A DNA stretch of 64,000 nucleotides from Ylistrum balloti (taxonomy: Eukaryota), in the NCBI RefSeq assembly GCF_031769215.1, contig NW_026782081.1:868001-932000 (forward strand). Direction: 5' to 3'. Made by a program: the position numbers and the translations under genes. Positions 36,101 through 47,651 of the stretch are shown here, one piece after another. The stretch's first letter is position 1; each line of letters begins with the position of its first letter. Below the pieces are notes generated by a model. That model did not search any database. It saw only the letters and a list, made by a program, of their open reading frames with translations, and was not told where the DNA came from.

Positions 36101-39100
36101 CTGTATTGTGTACAGTGTTACTCTCTGTATTGTGTACAGTGTAACTCTCTGTGTGTTACTCTCTGTATTGTGTACAGTGTGACTCTCTGTATTGTGTACA
36201 GTGTTACTCTCTGTATTGTGTACATTGTAACTCTCTGTTTGTTACTCTCTGTATTGTGTACAGTGTGACTCTCTGTATTGTGTACATTGTAACTCTCTGT
36301 TTGATACTCTCTGTATTGTGTACAGTGTGACTCTGTATTGTGTATAGTGGACTCTCTGTATTGTGTACAGTGTTACTCTCTGTATTGTGTACATTGTAAC
36401 TCTCTGTTTGATACTCTCTGTATTGTGTATATTGTGACTCTCTGTATTGTGTACAGTGTTACTCTCTGTATTGTGTACAGTGGACTCTCTGTATTGTGTA
36501 CAGTGTTACTCTCTGTATTGTGTACATTGTAACTCTCTGTTTGTTACTCTCTGTATTGTGTACAGTGTGACTCTGTATTGTGTACAGTGTTACTCTCTGT
36601 ATTGTGTACATTGTAACTCTCTGTTTGTTACTCACTGTATTGTGTACAATGTGACTCTCTGTATTGTGTACAGTGTGACTCTCTGTATTGTGTACAGTGT
36701 TACTCTCTGTATTGTGTACAGTGTTAATCTCTGTATTGTGTACATTGTTACTAAAGTTAGTTTTTGTTTTGTAGGTTTCTGTATTGTGTACAGTGTTACT
36801 CTCTGTATTGTGTACAGTATTACTCAAGTTAGTTTTTGTTTTGTAGGTCTCTGTATTGTGTACAGTGTTACTCTCTGTAATGTGTACAGTGTTACTTTCT
36901 GTATTGTGTACAGTGTTACTCTCTGTATTGTGTACAGTGTTACTCAAGTTAGTTTTTGTTTTGTAGTATGCTGTGACAAATATTCATCCTTATTTGATAC
37001 TTGTTTTGTAGATTGCTGTGTTTTGTACTGTAATGTTTGTTTGTAGGTAGCTGTGACCTTTACTCAATTTTATGTTTATTTTTTTAGGCCGATGTGTGCT
37101 GTTCTCACAGTTTGCACCTTCTCAACCCAACATGTTGATCACAGCCTACAGCAAACCTGCACAGGTATGACTTGTAGATGTCAAATCCCTGCATTTTCCT
37201 CTGAATTAGTATGTTCATTATAAAACAAACAGTGGTTAGTTGTGTTGAATAGCATGGTATCATAAACTTTACATTTTCATCTCCATTTCAATACCTTCCT
37301 AGATTAGTAAGTGCATTGGTACGTGAAGCCACAATTCATGCATCCCTGGTCTGTTTTCCATTTTTCAGACATCAGATAAGAATATCATGGTAAAGAAATT
37401 TGTAAGTGGTACATTGATATCCACAATAACAGCATTAGCCTACACATCCTCAGGTTTGAGGTGAATAGATTGATGCTCCCTACGCATGAGGATTTGTGTT
37501 TCTTGGGAAGCTAAGAAATGGACCTGCTTGTGCTGTTAAGGTTGTGTCCTTGTGCAAGCATCTTTACCAAATTGCCATGGGTGACATATATTGTGCTTTC
37601 TGTATGTTTTTCAATGAGGTAGCTGTATCAGCTACTGCCTCAAAGTGTTCCTGACTGTTGACAGGGTGATAAAGTATCACCCAGCAAACATACAACAAAA
37701 CCAGCTAGCAATACACACAACAGTACAGCTATGTTCACCTGGAAGCTCCTAAAATGCTTCAGCAAGAGCACACAATGTGCACTAATTGGATTGATTTAGG
37801 AAGAGCATTGCACACATGTGGTACTGGTATATTGGACGATGATGGTTTGCCATTGAAACATGTTGGCACACTACAAAAGTGACATAACATGAAATTAATA
37901 GGTTAATATGATATTTAGTTTTCTGGCTGGTACTGTTGATTCACTCAGAAAACTAACACACATATGATTGAAATATATATTCACTATGATTTTGTCCTGT
38001 AACTGTTCAGCATTGTTCATTGATAGGAGGATGAGGGAAATTCTATCACAAAGAAGGGCATAGTGTGTGTCTGGAACACAGACGACCCATCCTACCCACA
38101 GAGGTAAGATACTTTAACAACGAGACGAAGTGCATCAGCATAAAAATACCAAGTAACTAAAATCAATCTTTGTTCCATCATTTCTTAATAAACATATGAC
38201 AATAAATCTCAACACAAAATCATCATATACAAAGTATTAAGAGCAAATAAATAGTTTTCATATTTAGTCACAAGCTCACCTGCATTTGTCAAGTCAGTCT
38301 CAAGTCAATCATACCATGACATTTCAAGTCATAAAAAAACACTTTAATCATCTAAAATTTCATTTATTTGAATTGGATTATGGAAGTTGAGAAAATAAAA
38401 AATTTGGATATCACATTGAATATCGTGGAAATTTATGACAATGTAATTGATAACTCTACAATGAATTTATTTTAAGTCCTTGTACTCTATGACCTGTTAA
38501 AGCATCACTTCTTCCATTAAGAGCTCTGGTCAGATGCTATATAAGGAATGTTGGCATTACTATTTGATCTGCTTTTATTTAAGGATCTGAGTTAAAAGTT
38601 AAAATTCTCTCTTTTTGTTTGATACAGAATTCTGGCATGTGAGTCCCAGCCAACGTGTTGCTGTTTTAGCCCCAACAGGACGACTCTGGCATTTGCTGGC
38701 ATGGTAAGTGTGACAAATCCAATACTTCAAGATATATGAGCAAAACTATTTGTGCAAAATATCTGTTAATTCAAAATGTCAATCAATCTTTTGATGAAAA
38801 AGTATTATTAAATTAAGGTAGACAATTGATATTTGATGTCTAGAGGTGTTTCGGAAACTCATTGTGATATACATCGGTTCTGTTTTGTTATAAATTTAAA
38901 CATGAAACACCATGAAAACTTTAGGAGGGTTGAGGGGCTTTATTTATCCTATGGTAAGCTGAGAAGGCAATACATAATCCCTAATATAAAATGGGAGAGT
39001 TGAGTTATAACTAGACAGGGATTACAGCATTTGTTGACCATTCAGTAGATTATCAGTAGCAAACAAAAAAAACATTCCTGTGGACTGTCACACAGTGTTG

Positions 39101-42100
39101 GTAGGGTGTGAGAAAAGATTTTTGTTAGTGTTGCACCATCAACTTGAACTTGATTGTCTCGTAAATGACGCCAAGAAAGCTTGGCCTTGATTGTCTCGTA
39201 AATGACGCCAAGAAAGCTTGGCCTTGAGATATGGAAGATTATTATTGTATAATCATTGTGTGGAAACCTTGATAATGAACCACTAAGATGAACTGTGTAT
39301 ATGATAGGTGGATGGCTCTATTTGTGTGTGGGACCTAAGAGAACAGTCATCCATGCACCGCTCTGTCTCATACGACAACCGGGAACATATCCTTCGATAC
39401 CCAACATTTAATACAGGTAAGGCCACATTTATATTGGTTCATATCACAAAACTAAATAAAAAGTTCAATGTGATTTTCTCTTATTTCGTTACTTAAACTT
39501 CATTCATTTTTTCAATTTTTAAATGTTGCTTTAGAAAAAGTTAATTTAAAAAGTAGATTAAAAAGGATGCATTACTACTGGTTTGTTAAAATTTGCAAAG
39601 AAACTGCAAAGGGTATCTTTAAGTCTAGACCTGCTGTTGATATTTGAAGACAAATTTAGAGATAGATATGTTTTTCCAAATCATGTTTGCAACTACGTAA
39701 AATCAACTTTAATGATTTTACGGCTCCTCAATGGACATATGATTGAAAATGTATCTGTACTTTTTGTCTAGCTGGAGTGATGGATGTTGACAACCACCAC
39801 AGTCCTGTAACCACTCTCAACCCTGTATCTAACTATTCAATAAAGTAAGTTTACAACTGCCCTCAACTCTGTATCTAGGTATTTGATAAAGTAAGTTTAC
39901 AACTGCCCTCATCACTGTATCTAGCTTTTAAATAAAGTAAGTTAAGAACTGCTCTCCACACTGTACTGTATCTAGCTGTTCAAAAAAGTGAGTTTACAGC
40001 CACCCTCAACCCTGTTTCTAGATATCAAATAAAGTAAGTTAAGAACTGCTCTCCACACTGTACTGTATCTAGCTATTCAATAAAGTAGGTTTACAGCCAC
40101 CCTCAACCTTATATCTAGCTATTCCTTAATAAAAGATTGTAAGCACCCTTAACATGTTGTCAAGCTATTTCTTAATGCAAGGTTACAACCACCCTCAACC
40201 CTGTGTCTAGCTATTTCTTAATTTAAGTTTACGACTGCCTCAACACTGTACCTAGCTTTTTCATGAAGTAAGATTTTGTAACCGCCCTCAACCCGTTGTC
40301 TAGTTATTCCTAAATGCAAGGTTACAGCCACCCTCAACCATGTATCTTGCTCTTCCACAAGGTAAGTTCACAGCCACCCTTGATAAGCTTACAAATTCCT
40401 TCACACTTTCGGCATCAAACATATAAACACTGTTTTTGCTAGCAATCCTGCATTCGACAGAGAAGCAGAGCGAAGCATAGGTGATACTTCTTCAGTGGCA
40501 GTGACAAAATTATGTTAAAGTTGTTCGATAATTACAATTTCTATCATTATCAAACTGACTTGAGTTATGTACTCTGTATTAAGTATATATCCCTGAATTA
40601 AATCTACTTTAACATTATGACCATATATAATCCACGAAAGCTCAGTTAAAAGTGTTGAGCTACGTAATTTCAGGTGAAAGTTCAAGATACATAGTTTGAC
40701 ACTCCTTACAAATGGCACTTTGTGCTTCTCAGAAAGCTGCAAAACAGATGAGTCTGTGCTGACGTGGTTATGGCCTAGGGCGAGACACTTACACTCATTT
40801 CTCTGGACATCATAAACTTGTTCAGTGAGGTAGCAACTAGCCATTAGAAGGAAACCCTAACTCAAACCGACCCTGACTATTCGTGCAGCAACAAACCACT
40901 TTAGTCTATACCAGGCAGTATAATGAATGGTTATGTAATTCCTTGCATAATCACTCTACATAACAGTAAAAGCATTAGTCCTACATTTTACCTTTAGTCA
41001 TTACTTTAATTCTATTTTTTTGTGAAGTTCATACTTGTATTTGATAAAGTATATATTGTTTCAGTTCTGCTGATTCAGGGAGAAATGAAGGTAAGCTCAT
41101 CATTTCTGATTTTAAGGTGATAATTGGTGTGTAACCACTTATATGGTTTCTGGAAAGACTTTTTGGAAAACCTTCATTGTCATAAGCAAAGATAGATATA
41201 TTTCACACTGTAGACTTTGTTATGTATAGTCTCTATTGATTCTCATGATTGCATCCTTAAAAGTCTACATCTTATTAATACGATATGACACATATACTTA
41301 GTCTATTAAGAAATGTTATACATTCTCTTCTTGTTGTTTTTTAGGTAATTATAAAATACTTTTTGTTTTGATATGACAATTCATAAAATGATAACTAATG
41401 TCCATAGAATATCTTGTTTAAGTGGGGCAGTCTTTATTTTAATTAAAACAAAATCTTCTTTCAGATACAGGAACAGGGTTGTCATTCCAACTGATATCAT
41501 GTGAGGAACAGGGTGTTCTTAATTTCTGGGTAAGAATCATATGATTACCAGCTTAGGGTAAATAAATAGACTGTTTCAATGTGTACCTATTGTTACTGTG
41601 TATTTCTTTGTACATAGCCAAGTGTTTTACATATCAATGAATAAATTATAGTTCTTATGAAAACAATGAATGGATGCAATGCCAAGGCTTTAAACCAATT
41701 AAGTCAAGGTCTAAGTGGAAGATGTTTACAACTATTGGGGTTAGAGTAAAAAGACTTTTATTATTTTTGGTTGTGTAAATTGTTTAGATTAGATACTACT
41801 GAACTGCTTCATGTGAACTTATAAATATTATTAATTAATGTTGTTGCTTTCAGGTTGTAGCAGAGATTACATCACCTGATATGGCTGGGTCTGAAACAGA
41901 CCTTGGGCTTTCACCGGGAGGAAAAGTAAAACTTATAAAAAGTTCAGCTATAACCTTACAGCATCCACCAAGGTATATAAAACATTGCCTCTGTAATTTA
42001 CTTTCTCTGATAATGTCAACTAGTGCAGTTGTTTAAGTGTCACTTCTGTGACAATCTATGAATGAATCATGCAGATCAAGTTGTCTCTTTTAGTATCTAG

Positions 42101-44833
42101 AAGTTTCTGGAAATGAGCCAAATCTGTGAGAATATTTTTCTCTTTACAATGGTACTAGGGTATCTATTGAATTGCTGTACAGTCTATGTAATGTGCTTAT
42201 CAGAAATATTGGCCTTGATTCTTGTTCCAAATTTACATGTTGAGATTTTCTGTTTCTGTTGTGTAATAGATACAAGAGAGTAGGAGTCAGTTTGCGGGCC
42301 ACAGAGTTACAACTAGCACCTACCGATCTCAACCATTACTATGTAGGCACCGACTCTGGCTACATATTACACGGATTGAGGTTTGGTACCCGTGCCTTCC
42401 CCTCATCCTACTCTACAGGTTGTGGTGAGTACAATTAAGTTAAATAGTAAAAGTTAGTGATGACAGACTTTTCACATCAGAAAAATGTCTTAAATCATGA
42501 CAACCGGAAGTATGTTAAAAGGGTAACAAATAGAACATTTCATTTATTTAAGATTGGTTTTTTTTTTATTGTGATTGTGTCTCAAGGTTGAAACTTATTG
42601 TGATATTGTCTCAAGATTGAAACAAATTGTGGTTGTGTCTCAAGGTTGAAACTTATTGTGAGTTTGTCTCAAGATTAAAACATTTTGTGATTGTGTCCCA
42701 AGGTTGAAACATTTTGTGATTGTGTCTCAAGGTTGAAACTTATGTGATTTGTACTTTATGATAAGTTACTGTAGTTTTAGTTAAGCTAAAAGTATAAGAA
42801 TTTTTTAAACCGTTACAGTTTGAAGTCGACATATGGCCAGATGTAATATTAGACTGGTACTCACTACCATTGTGTCTATTTTACAGATGCCCCAATGGAT
42901 ATAACCACAATAGATTTCTCCCCCTTTGGACATCCTTGTTTCCTGGTAAGTTCTCTCTACCGAATCAAAACAACCAAAGATTTTATTAGCAGTAGTAAGA
43001 TGTCAGAGTTTGATAAACAAGAAATATAAATGGAACCTATCAGTACACATGTGTATCAGATTTTAAACAACTTAATTTCTAGAGAAATTAGTCCATTTTC
43101 TGAAGATTGAACCATCCAAATAGATTTCCTTCCCTTGGTGAAATACTCTTAGTTTTCTTGAGTCACTCTGTCATTCCAACCCGTAGTGAAAAGCTCTAGT
43201 TTCATTCAGTAACCGTGATTATAGATATAACCTGTTGTACTGATCATCAAATTTGTGTCCACAGGCAAGCAGTAGTGATGGATTTGTTCATCTCTATAAT
43301 GTTAAAACTGGTAAGTACTGATATTTACTATGATTCACAACGTAACGATGATTAATAACTTAATTCTCCAGCGAAAACTTTCAACCTTGGCTGTGACCTT
43401 TAAAACTTTTTCCAGGTATTCTCATACTTGATGTCAAGTATCATATTCAATTTTGCTTTGTTCTGGCTATTCTGACCAGTAAAACATAACTCACTTTTAT
43501 GTTATTATGGTTTGATTGTCTGCCTTTCATAGAATAGGTAAATAATTAATTTCATCCTATAGGTAGTAGCCATAAAGAGGACCAGACATCCTGTGATGGC
43601 GATAGATAATTTCACTAAAATAGACATTACTTGATGTTATTGAATGAACAGGAGTCTTTAGATAATAATCATTGTGACTTTTATCATTGTTTTGGAATAC
43701 AACCATACACAAACTCAAGGTTTCTCATGCATGAAAATTGATTGAAATCTGTGAAGGTATTGATGCTATATACTTGCATCCCCTGTAAAATAGTGGGTGC
43801 TTTATAATGCATGTTACAGGACATCTTGTTTTACTGTACATTTCACGAGATCACTCAGTGAGGATTATGACGGATTGTAACATACATGTACTGCCATATT
43901 TACAAATCAGATTCTTTAAGTTATTGTGATGTTATTTGAGATCTAGGTCCAAAAAACATGTCAACAACATCATTAACTCCAACTATCATTATTTTCTTAA
44001 TTGTTCAATTACACAGTAGATGTCGTTTCATAAATGTTATCTAATCTCATCACAGAGACTCCTGTCATGTCCTGGTCATCTAAGATCTGGAATACAGAGG
44101 AATTACAGTGTGTGCGATGGTCACGGAGTCGACCCTGTGTCTTCTATGTATTGGACAATAATGCACGCCTGTACACCTTTGACATTTTGGAGGGTGACGC
44201 TATGCCCGTCAAGATAGACACACTATCTTCACAGGACAGGTAGGTTGACTGAAATAAAAAAAACGCATTAACATTGCAATGACATTAATTAAAACCTTCA
44301 AAGAAAAGAAAAGTTTCATCAGAATATTTTCTCATCTTGAATTGGATTTGAAAATGAAATGCACCAGTAACATCTTTGACTTAATCTGATCTTTAATCTA
44401 TATATCAAAATCATTGGATGAAAAAGGAGATAAAATGAGAGATTTTTACTTTGACATTGTCTATGTGTTATTTTAGATCCATGATCACACAACCTTAACA
44501 TGATTCTTAATTAAACATTTTTTTCTGTTTTAAGAGTTGTACACCTACAATTCACCTCTGACACCAAAAGTTCAACACAAGGACGATTACCTCAAATGGT
44601 AAGTCTCAAAATATAACTTTCAGATTTCATAATTCAGTGTGAATAATCATTGAACAATTCATGGTACATGTACTTGTGAATGTGAATTGAAGACTTGTAT
44701 GTGTATTATTGTATCTTCACAGCTTGTGAGTCACGAATCTGGACAGACGGAAATACACACAGTAGCAAAGCAGTACAGAGATCAACAGACACTTGAATGT
44801 GACTTCCTACCAAGCTATCTGAACCGCTTCTGA
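8773..44833 (+). CDS. DYNC2I1: WD repeat-containing protein 60 / dynein-2 intermediate chain 1, ~1076 aa. Exons: 8773-8787, 9409-9462, 12611-12719, 13005-13051, 15054-15101, 17043-17099, 17231-17623, 17933-17983, 18175-18225, 19285-19389, 20032-20093, 21213-21240, 22518-22550, 24329-24397, 24592-24636, 25124-25174, 26136-26183, 31330-31434, 31586-31870, 33714-33825, 34206-34306, 35338-35458, 37088-37164, 38027-38103, 38628-38703, 39308-39416, 39772-39844, 41065-41090, 41465-41529, 41854-41972, 42270-42424, 42887-42945, 43265-43310, 44056-44239, 44535-44598, 44723-44833
   Basis: Recognisable WDR60 segments: N-terminal RSKEDTWTTGELTKALK; a long R/D/E/K-rich region; DYEEDFE; DLFDMPPVKEYDLYIRSFGRSDTTQ|AYVQTNDDDIDREVQTDEI...KWTQHP (light-chain-binding region); and WD40 blades [81 protein letters not shown]. 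The 36 exons sum to 3231 nt, chain in phase with GT-AG ends and finish at TGA 44831-44833. A few N-terminal micro-exons are less certain. Confidence 0.95.
10700..12105. repeat. Minisatellite, 42-43 bp unit, ~33 copies (WDR60 intron 2)
   Basis: Unit cacatagttaactgctgtctagtaaagccagcctcagtattat (43 bp) at the left end grades into cccacatagtacgctctgtctagtaaagcaagcctcagtatt (42 bp) at the right end. Confidence 0.97.
12881..12904 (+). CDS. Candidate alternative 24-nt micro-exon of WDR60 (phase 1-1; G-SEESQTY)
   Basis: Acceptor tctctgctgtag, donor gtaact, open in the phase required between exons 12611-12719 and 13005-13051. Donor is weak; exon not included in the main model. Confidence 0.3.
13362..14206. 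repeat. Minisatellite, 53 bp unit, 16 copies
   Basis: Unit ctaccagtaagatttactgggt(aatataaaa/gatgtgaag)tcacacaggataacatttttgg, with diverged copies on both flanks. Confidence 0.97.
14413..14797. repeat. Tandem repeat, 92 bp unit, ~4.2 copies
   Basis: aaatggtgaaggaatataaagaccagataaatcctg... recurs at 14413, 14505, 14597, 14689 and 14781. Confidence 0.95.
15985..16646 (+). mobile_element. Degenerate pearl/HINE (Helentron-associated) non-autonomous element
   Basis: T-rich start, (TCCA)n micro-repeat, internal ~150-bp degenerate repeats containing aaaatggc...gccatcttggattt, and a 3' palindrome AGATCCC-tct-GGGATCT followed by cttgtt. This is the architecture of bivalve pearl/DTC84-type elements. 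Confidence 0.6.
18065..18105. repeat. Poly-C tract (41 C)
   Basis: Homopolymer in the 191-bp intron between two duplicated 51-nt exons. Confidence 0.9.
20734..21114 (+). mobile_element. pearl/HINE-like non-autonomous element
   Basis: Starts tttttagctcac and ends cagatgagt...aggccc-tat-ggacct-cttgtttt (subterminal inverted repeat, 3' palindrome, T-rich ends). Confidence 0.65.
21364..22083. repeat. Minisatellite, ~55 bp unit, ~13 copies with internal deletions
   Basis: Unit cacaaatctgatataccataccctggtacttatacagaaaatcttaactgctcta. Confidence 0.96.
22518..22550 (+). CDS. 33-nt WDR60 micro-exon (RKSAKPGTRHK)
   Basis: tttccag acceptor, perfect gtaagt donor, phase 0-0, open frame. Not in the ORF track. 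Confidence 0.65.
26136..26183 (+). CDS. 48-nt WDR60 micro-exon (ESIHKSSRPGTVLDYS)
   Basis: tttaatttacacag acceptor, gtaaat donor, phase 0-0, open frame. Confidence 0.5.
27224..30163. repeat. 24-bp satellite, ~2.9 kb, ~120 copies
   Basis: Unit atgtctgtaacacagtataggtat. It accounts for all the 100-1024 aa ORFs at 27-30 kb (MSVTQYRY, YCVTDIYL, PILCYRHI and TVLQTYTY repeats). Confidence 0.99.
30655..31033. repeat. Minisatellite, 43-44 bp unit, ~8.5 copies
   Basis: Unit ccataatttaccttatggcagtccaaatttctaaaccatttta. Confidence 0.95.
34864..35160 (+). mobile_element. Degenerate HINE/MITE-like element
   Basis: ttttATGCTCcccg...gggaGAGCATat 5' hairpin, followed by a gtcc-type micro-repeat and internal degenerate repeats (agcaatgt...acccc). 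Confidence 0.5.
35449..35905 (+). repeat. 55-bp tandem repeat spanning the exon/intron junction of WDR60 exon 35338-35458 (nine copies of the donor)
   Basis: Unit atcctgaagg|gtaagtgtatatcagtaacctgtctaatctgacctctgattacat. GT at 35459, 35514, 35569, 35624, 35679, 35734, 35789, 35844 and 35899. Confidence 0.97.
35919..36945. repeat. 24-bp satellite, ~1 kb
   Basis: Unit ctctgtattgtgtacagtgttact with 14-bp and acceptor-like interruptions. It accounts for the ORFs at 35.9-37.0 kb. Confidence 0.97.
39150..39226. repeat. 37-bp direct tandem duplication
   Basis: ttgattgtctcgtaaatgacgccaagaaagcttggcc occurs twice. Confidence 0.9.
39816..40380 (+). repeat. Degenerate ~46-51 bp tandem repeat seeded at the 3' end and donor of WDR60 exon 39772-39844
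   Basis: Unit ctcaaccctgtatctaactattcaataaa|gtaagtttacaactgcc, increasingly diverged downstream. Confidence 0.88.
40740..40880 (+). mobile_element. Possible degenerate SINE fragment
   Basis: ggcctagggcgagacacttacac resembles the SINE core motif gtccttgggcaagacactt, and agaaggaaaccctaactcaaacc resembles an RTE-type tail. Match is from memory only. Confidence 0.3.
42569..42750. repeat. Minisatellite, ~29 bp unit, ~6 copies
   Basis: Unit ttgtgattgtgtctcaaggttgaaactta. Confidence 0.9.
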
Positions 44834-47637
44834 TATATATGACAAACTAAAATCTTTGGTTCACCACTGGCTATGGAATTATCACAATTGAATAGTTTTC
44901 AGTTCACCACAGGATATGGAATAACCAAAATGTCACTCAAAAAAAAGGGGTGGGATATTGTACTTCTTAGATGTATGTTTTAGCAAACGGACATTGAAAC
45001 TGCTACAGCATTTAGAGTTCTTAAGCATCATTGACAAATTAATGGAACAACATTTTGTGGGAAAGGGACCATATTCATCAGTGTTTTTTTATGTTTTGCA
45101 ACAAAGTGTGGTGATCATCATTTACTCTATACATCTCTGTGTAAGTCCCCTTTGATGAAATCTAAACCACAAATTATGTTTTGGTTACAAGATAGTGACA
45201 TTTGATCTTGTAGAATAAAGAACTAACAAACTTAGAATTTATAAGATTTATCGAATAGTTTTGAATCAGTTGTCTGGAAAGTTTGTAGGTTCAACATCAA
45301 TTTGCCCACTTTAAACAAAAATCTAACAAAAATCTAAACAAATAGATCGACACTGAACTATAGATTACAGATCATCCTGCAGGCATTGTGAGCAGAAATG
45401 AAAGTCTCCACTTATTTAGCAAGTGTAAAACATGGCAAACAAAAAACATGCCTTGATCAGGAGAAGGGATTTGGTATTCAGTATCCTGTGAGGCAATGGA
45501 ACGACAGTTGAGTCAATAAAATGTGATTATAAAAGTATCATGTAGTGCTGTAAAGTTATTTATATTTTTTGTTTTGTTGGTTGAGCGAAGCCACAATGCC
45601 AAGCATTTCATATTCCGTCCATGTAGATTCAACAAGTGTTCAGAGGAAATATCTGTGATAAATTATTTATTGTTCATATCATTGTGTGATATCTCAAATC
45701 AATTACTAAAACATCTGGCCTTTTCCATGAGTATCTTTGATATAAGACTTCTATGGTAAATCAGTTGTAATATTGGTTTTGTGTTGATGAAATTTGTCAT
45801 CTGTGGATGATAACATAGGGTTATATTGATTATGTTGAAGTTTGAATATGTTATGTAATTATAGAATATCAAAATCTTCTGTCCAAACACATATTGTCCT
45901 ACACCAAACACATAGAAATCTCTTATTTTGTTATATTGTCCCAGAGCTCCTACACCAAACACATAGAAATCTCTTATTATTTTGTTCAGTTGTCTCAAAG
46001 CTCGATTGTTGATATGTTTATGTTCATCAAGATGTATGTTTCCTTGTATTCTTTAGTTAATTCTAAATATCTATTTTAATTTTATTTCCTCAAATAAATA
46101 TTGTAATGTATCTGTTAAATCATAACGAGATGCTATCCCTTCAGAATGAAGCTTTTTTATATTGGGATAACAGTTGTATTTGTGAAAGTTAGGCATAGTA
46201 TTTTTGTCAACATATTCCTGAAAATCTTTTCTGTAAAAGACAAATAAAAAATATTATTTTATTTACTTTACTCTTTAACATTGATTTAACATGCAACCTA
46301 TATCAAACACCCTCACTGAAGAAACCAAAAGGAAATTCTCCTATGTCGAGTCCGTAGGAACAAGCTAGCATCTTACCTGGCCTTATCTAACGTTTAAATC
46401 TCAAATCCATCTGGATGTGTTTTGTGTTAATGTTATTGGTTGATTTCTCAGTGAGGAAGAAAGTGTGTATAAATGGATGAGTTTTTCATGCTGTTGATTC
46501 TTTTGAATTGTCTTATCATCTGATCATCACCAGATGTGTCAATTTCAAATGTGTGATGCTGTGATAGCAGGATATAGTTGTTTACAGCTGTTAGTAAAAG
46601 TAGAAATGGAGAAAATTAAGAAAGCAAGTTCTCAAATTCATAGAGAGTCAAATTTTGTTCACTGGTACATTACCATGTAAAATATTGTGTTGTTTTTTTT
46701 TTTCTTGCTTTTTTAAATTTGTAGCTGTAATGATCAAGACATGGATGAATTGTTTATCTAAGAACAAAAATAAACCATCAAAACTCTGTTTAAGGATTTG
46801 TTTATTTGTTTAACACATTCTTTTGCTTCACTGTTGCCTTGATTATATGTACAGTCATGAAACATTTTTAAAATGTCTCAAGACTGGAAATTTCTGCACC
46901 GTCATTTCTTTTGTGACTACTTTCAAATCAATTAATATATACATAACCTTTTGATACAAACTACACTGTACATACTACATATACTTATTCTAAATAAATT
47001 ATAGAACACATTGAACTATGTCTAAATAGACTATACTCTGTACACAAATGTATTTTACATTGTAAACAGAAATAAACTTCATTTATATGTCAACACTTAA
47101 GCTGCAGGCTTAATTAATTCAAGTATGCTTGAACACAGTAATGTTAATCTAAATACTCCTACCTCTAGTGATGATGAAATAAAGGCAATAGAAAGTATTG
47201 GAAAAATCAAAATTATCACTCAGATTTAAGGTTTTGACCATAGCAAGTGCTCATCCTTAGGATAGTCAGATTTTTAAGTCTACTTCATACATCACTTTTC
47301 ACTTTTAATTTCAATTTTAAATCCAACATGGGGTCAACCAAACAAAATATGGGTCAGGTCCAGCATCTGAAATAGGCAAGGTGAAGTTAAAGGATTCTAA
47401 AAATATCTGTATAAGATAGTTACTGACCTTAACCAAATATAAACCAAGACATCAATAATAGGACTACACCATTTATAAGCAGAGAAAACTTTTAAAACTT
47501 TTGCTTACATTTGCCAATAAAGTCCCTTGGAATCTGATAAGCAATCTCAGTCATGCATTTTAACTCATTTACCACAAAGGTGACTGATTTCCTGGAATAT
47601 GTCATGAATAAGTCATTAAAACTGAAAGCTACATAGT

Positions 47638-47651
47638 GTTACCATGGTAAC
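47638..47651. promoter_or_regulatory. Perfect RFX X-box (GTTACCATGGTAAC)
   Basis: Exact palindromic match to the X-box consensus GTNRCC-N2-RGYAAC, 2.8 kb downstream of the WDR60 stop. Function untested. Confidence 0.45.

Noticed and set aside
35903-37046. Several Cys/Val/Tyr-rich ORFs
   Set aside because: Translations of the second 24-bp satellite.
37838-37870. Hammerhead-ribozyme/Penelope-like motif (acgatga tgg-tttg-cca ttgaaacatgtt)
   Set aside because: The core reads ACGATGA rather than CTGATGA and no stem I pairing can be found.
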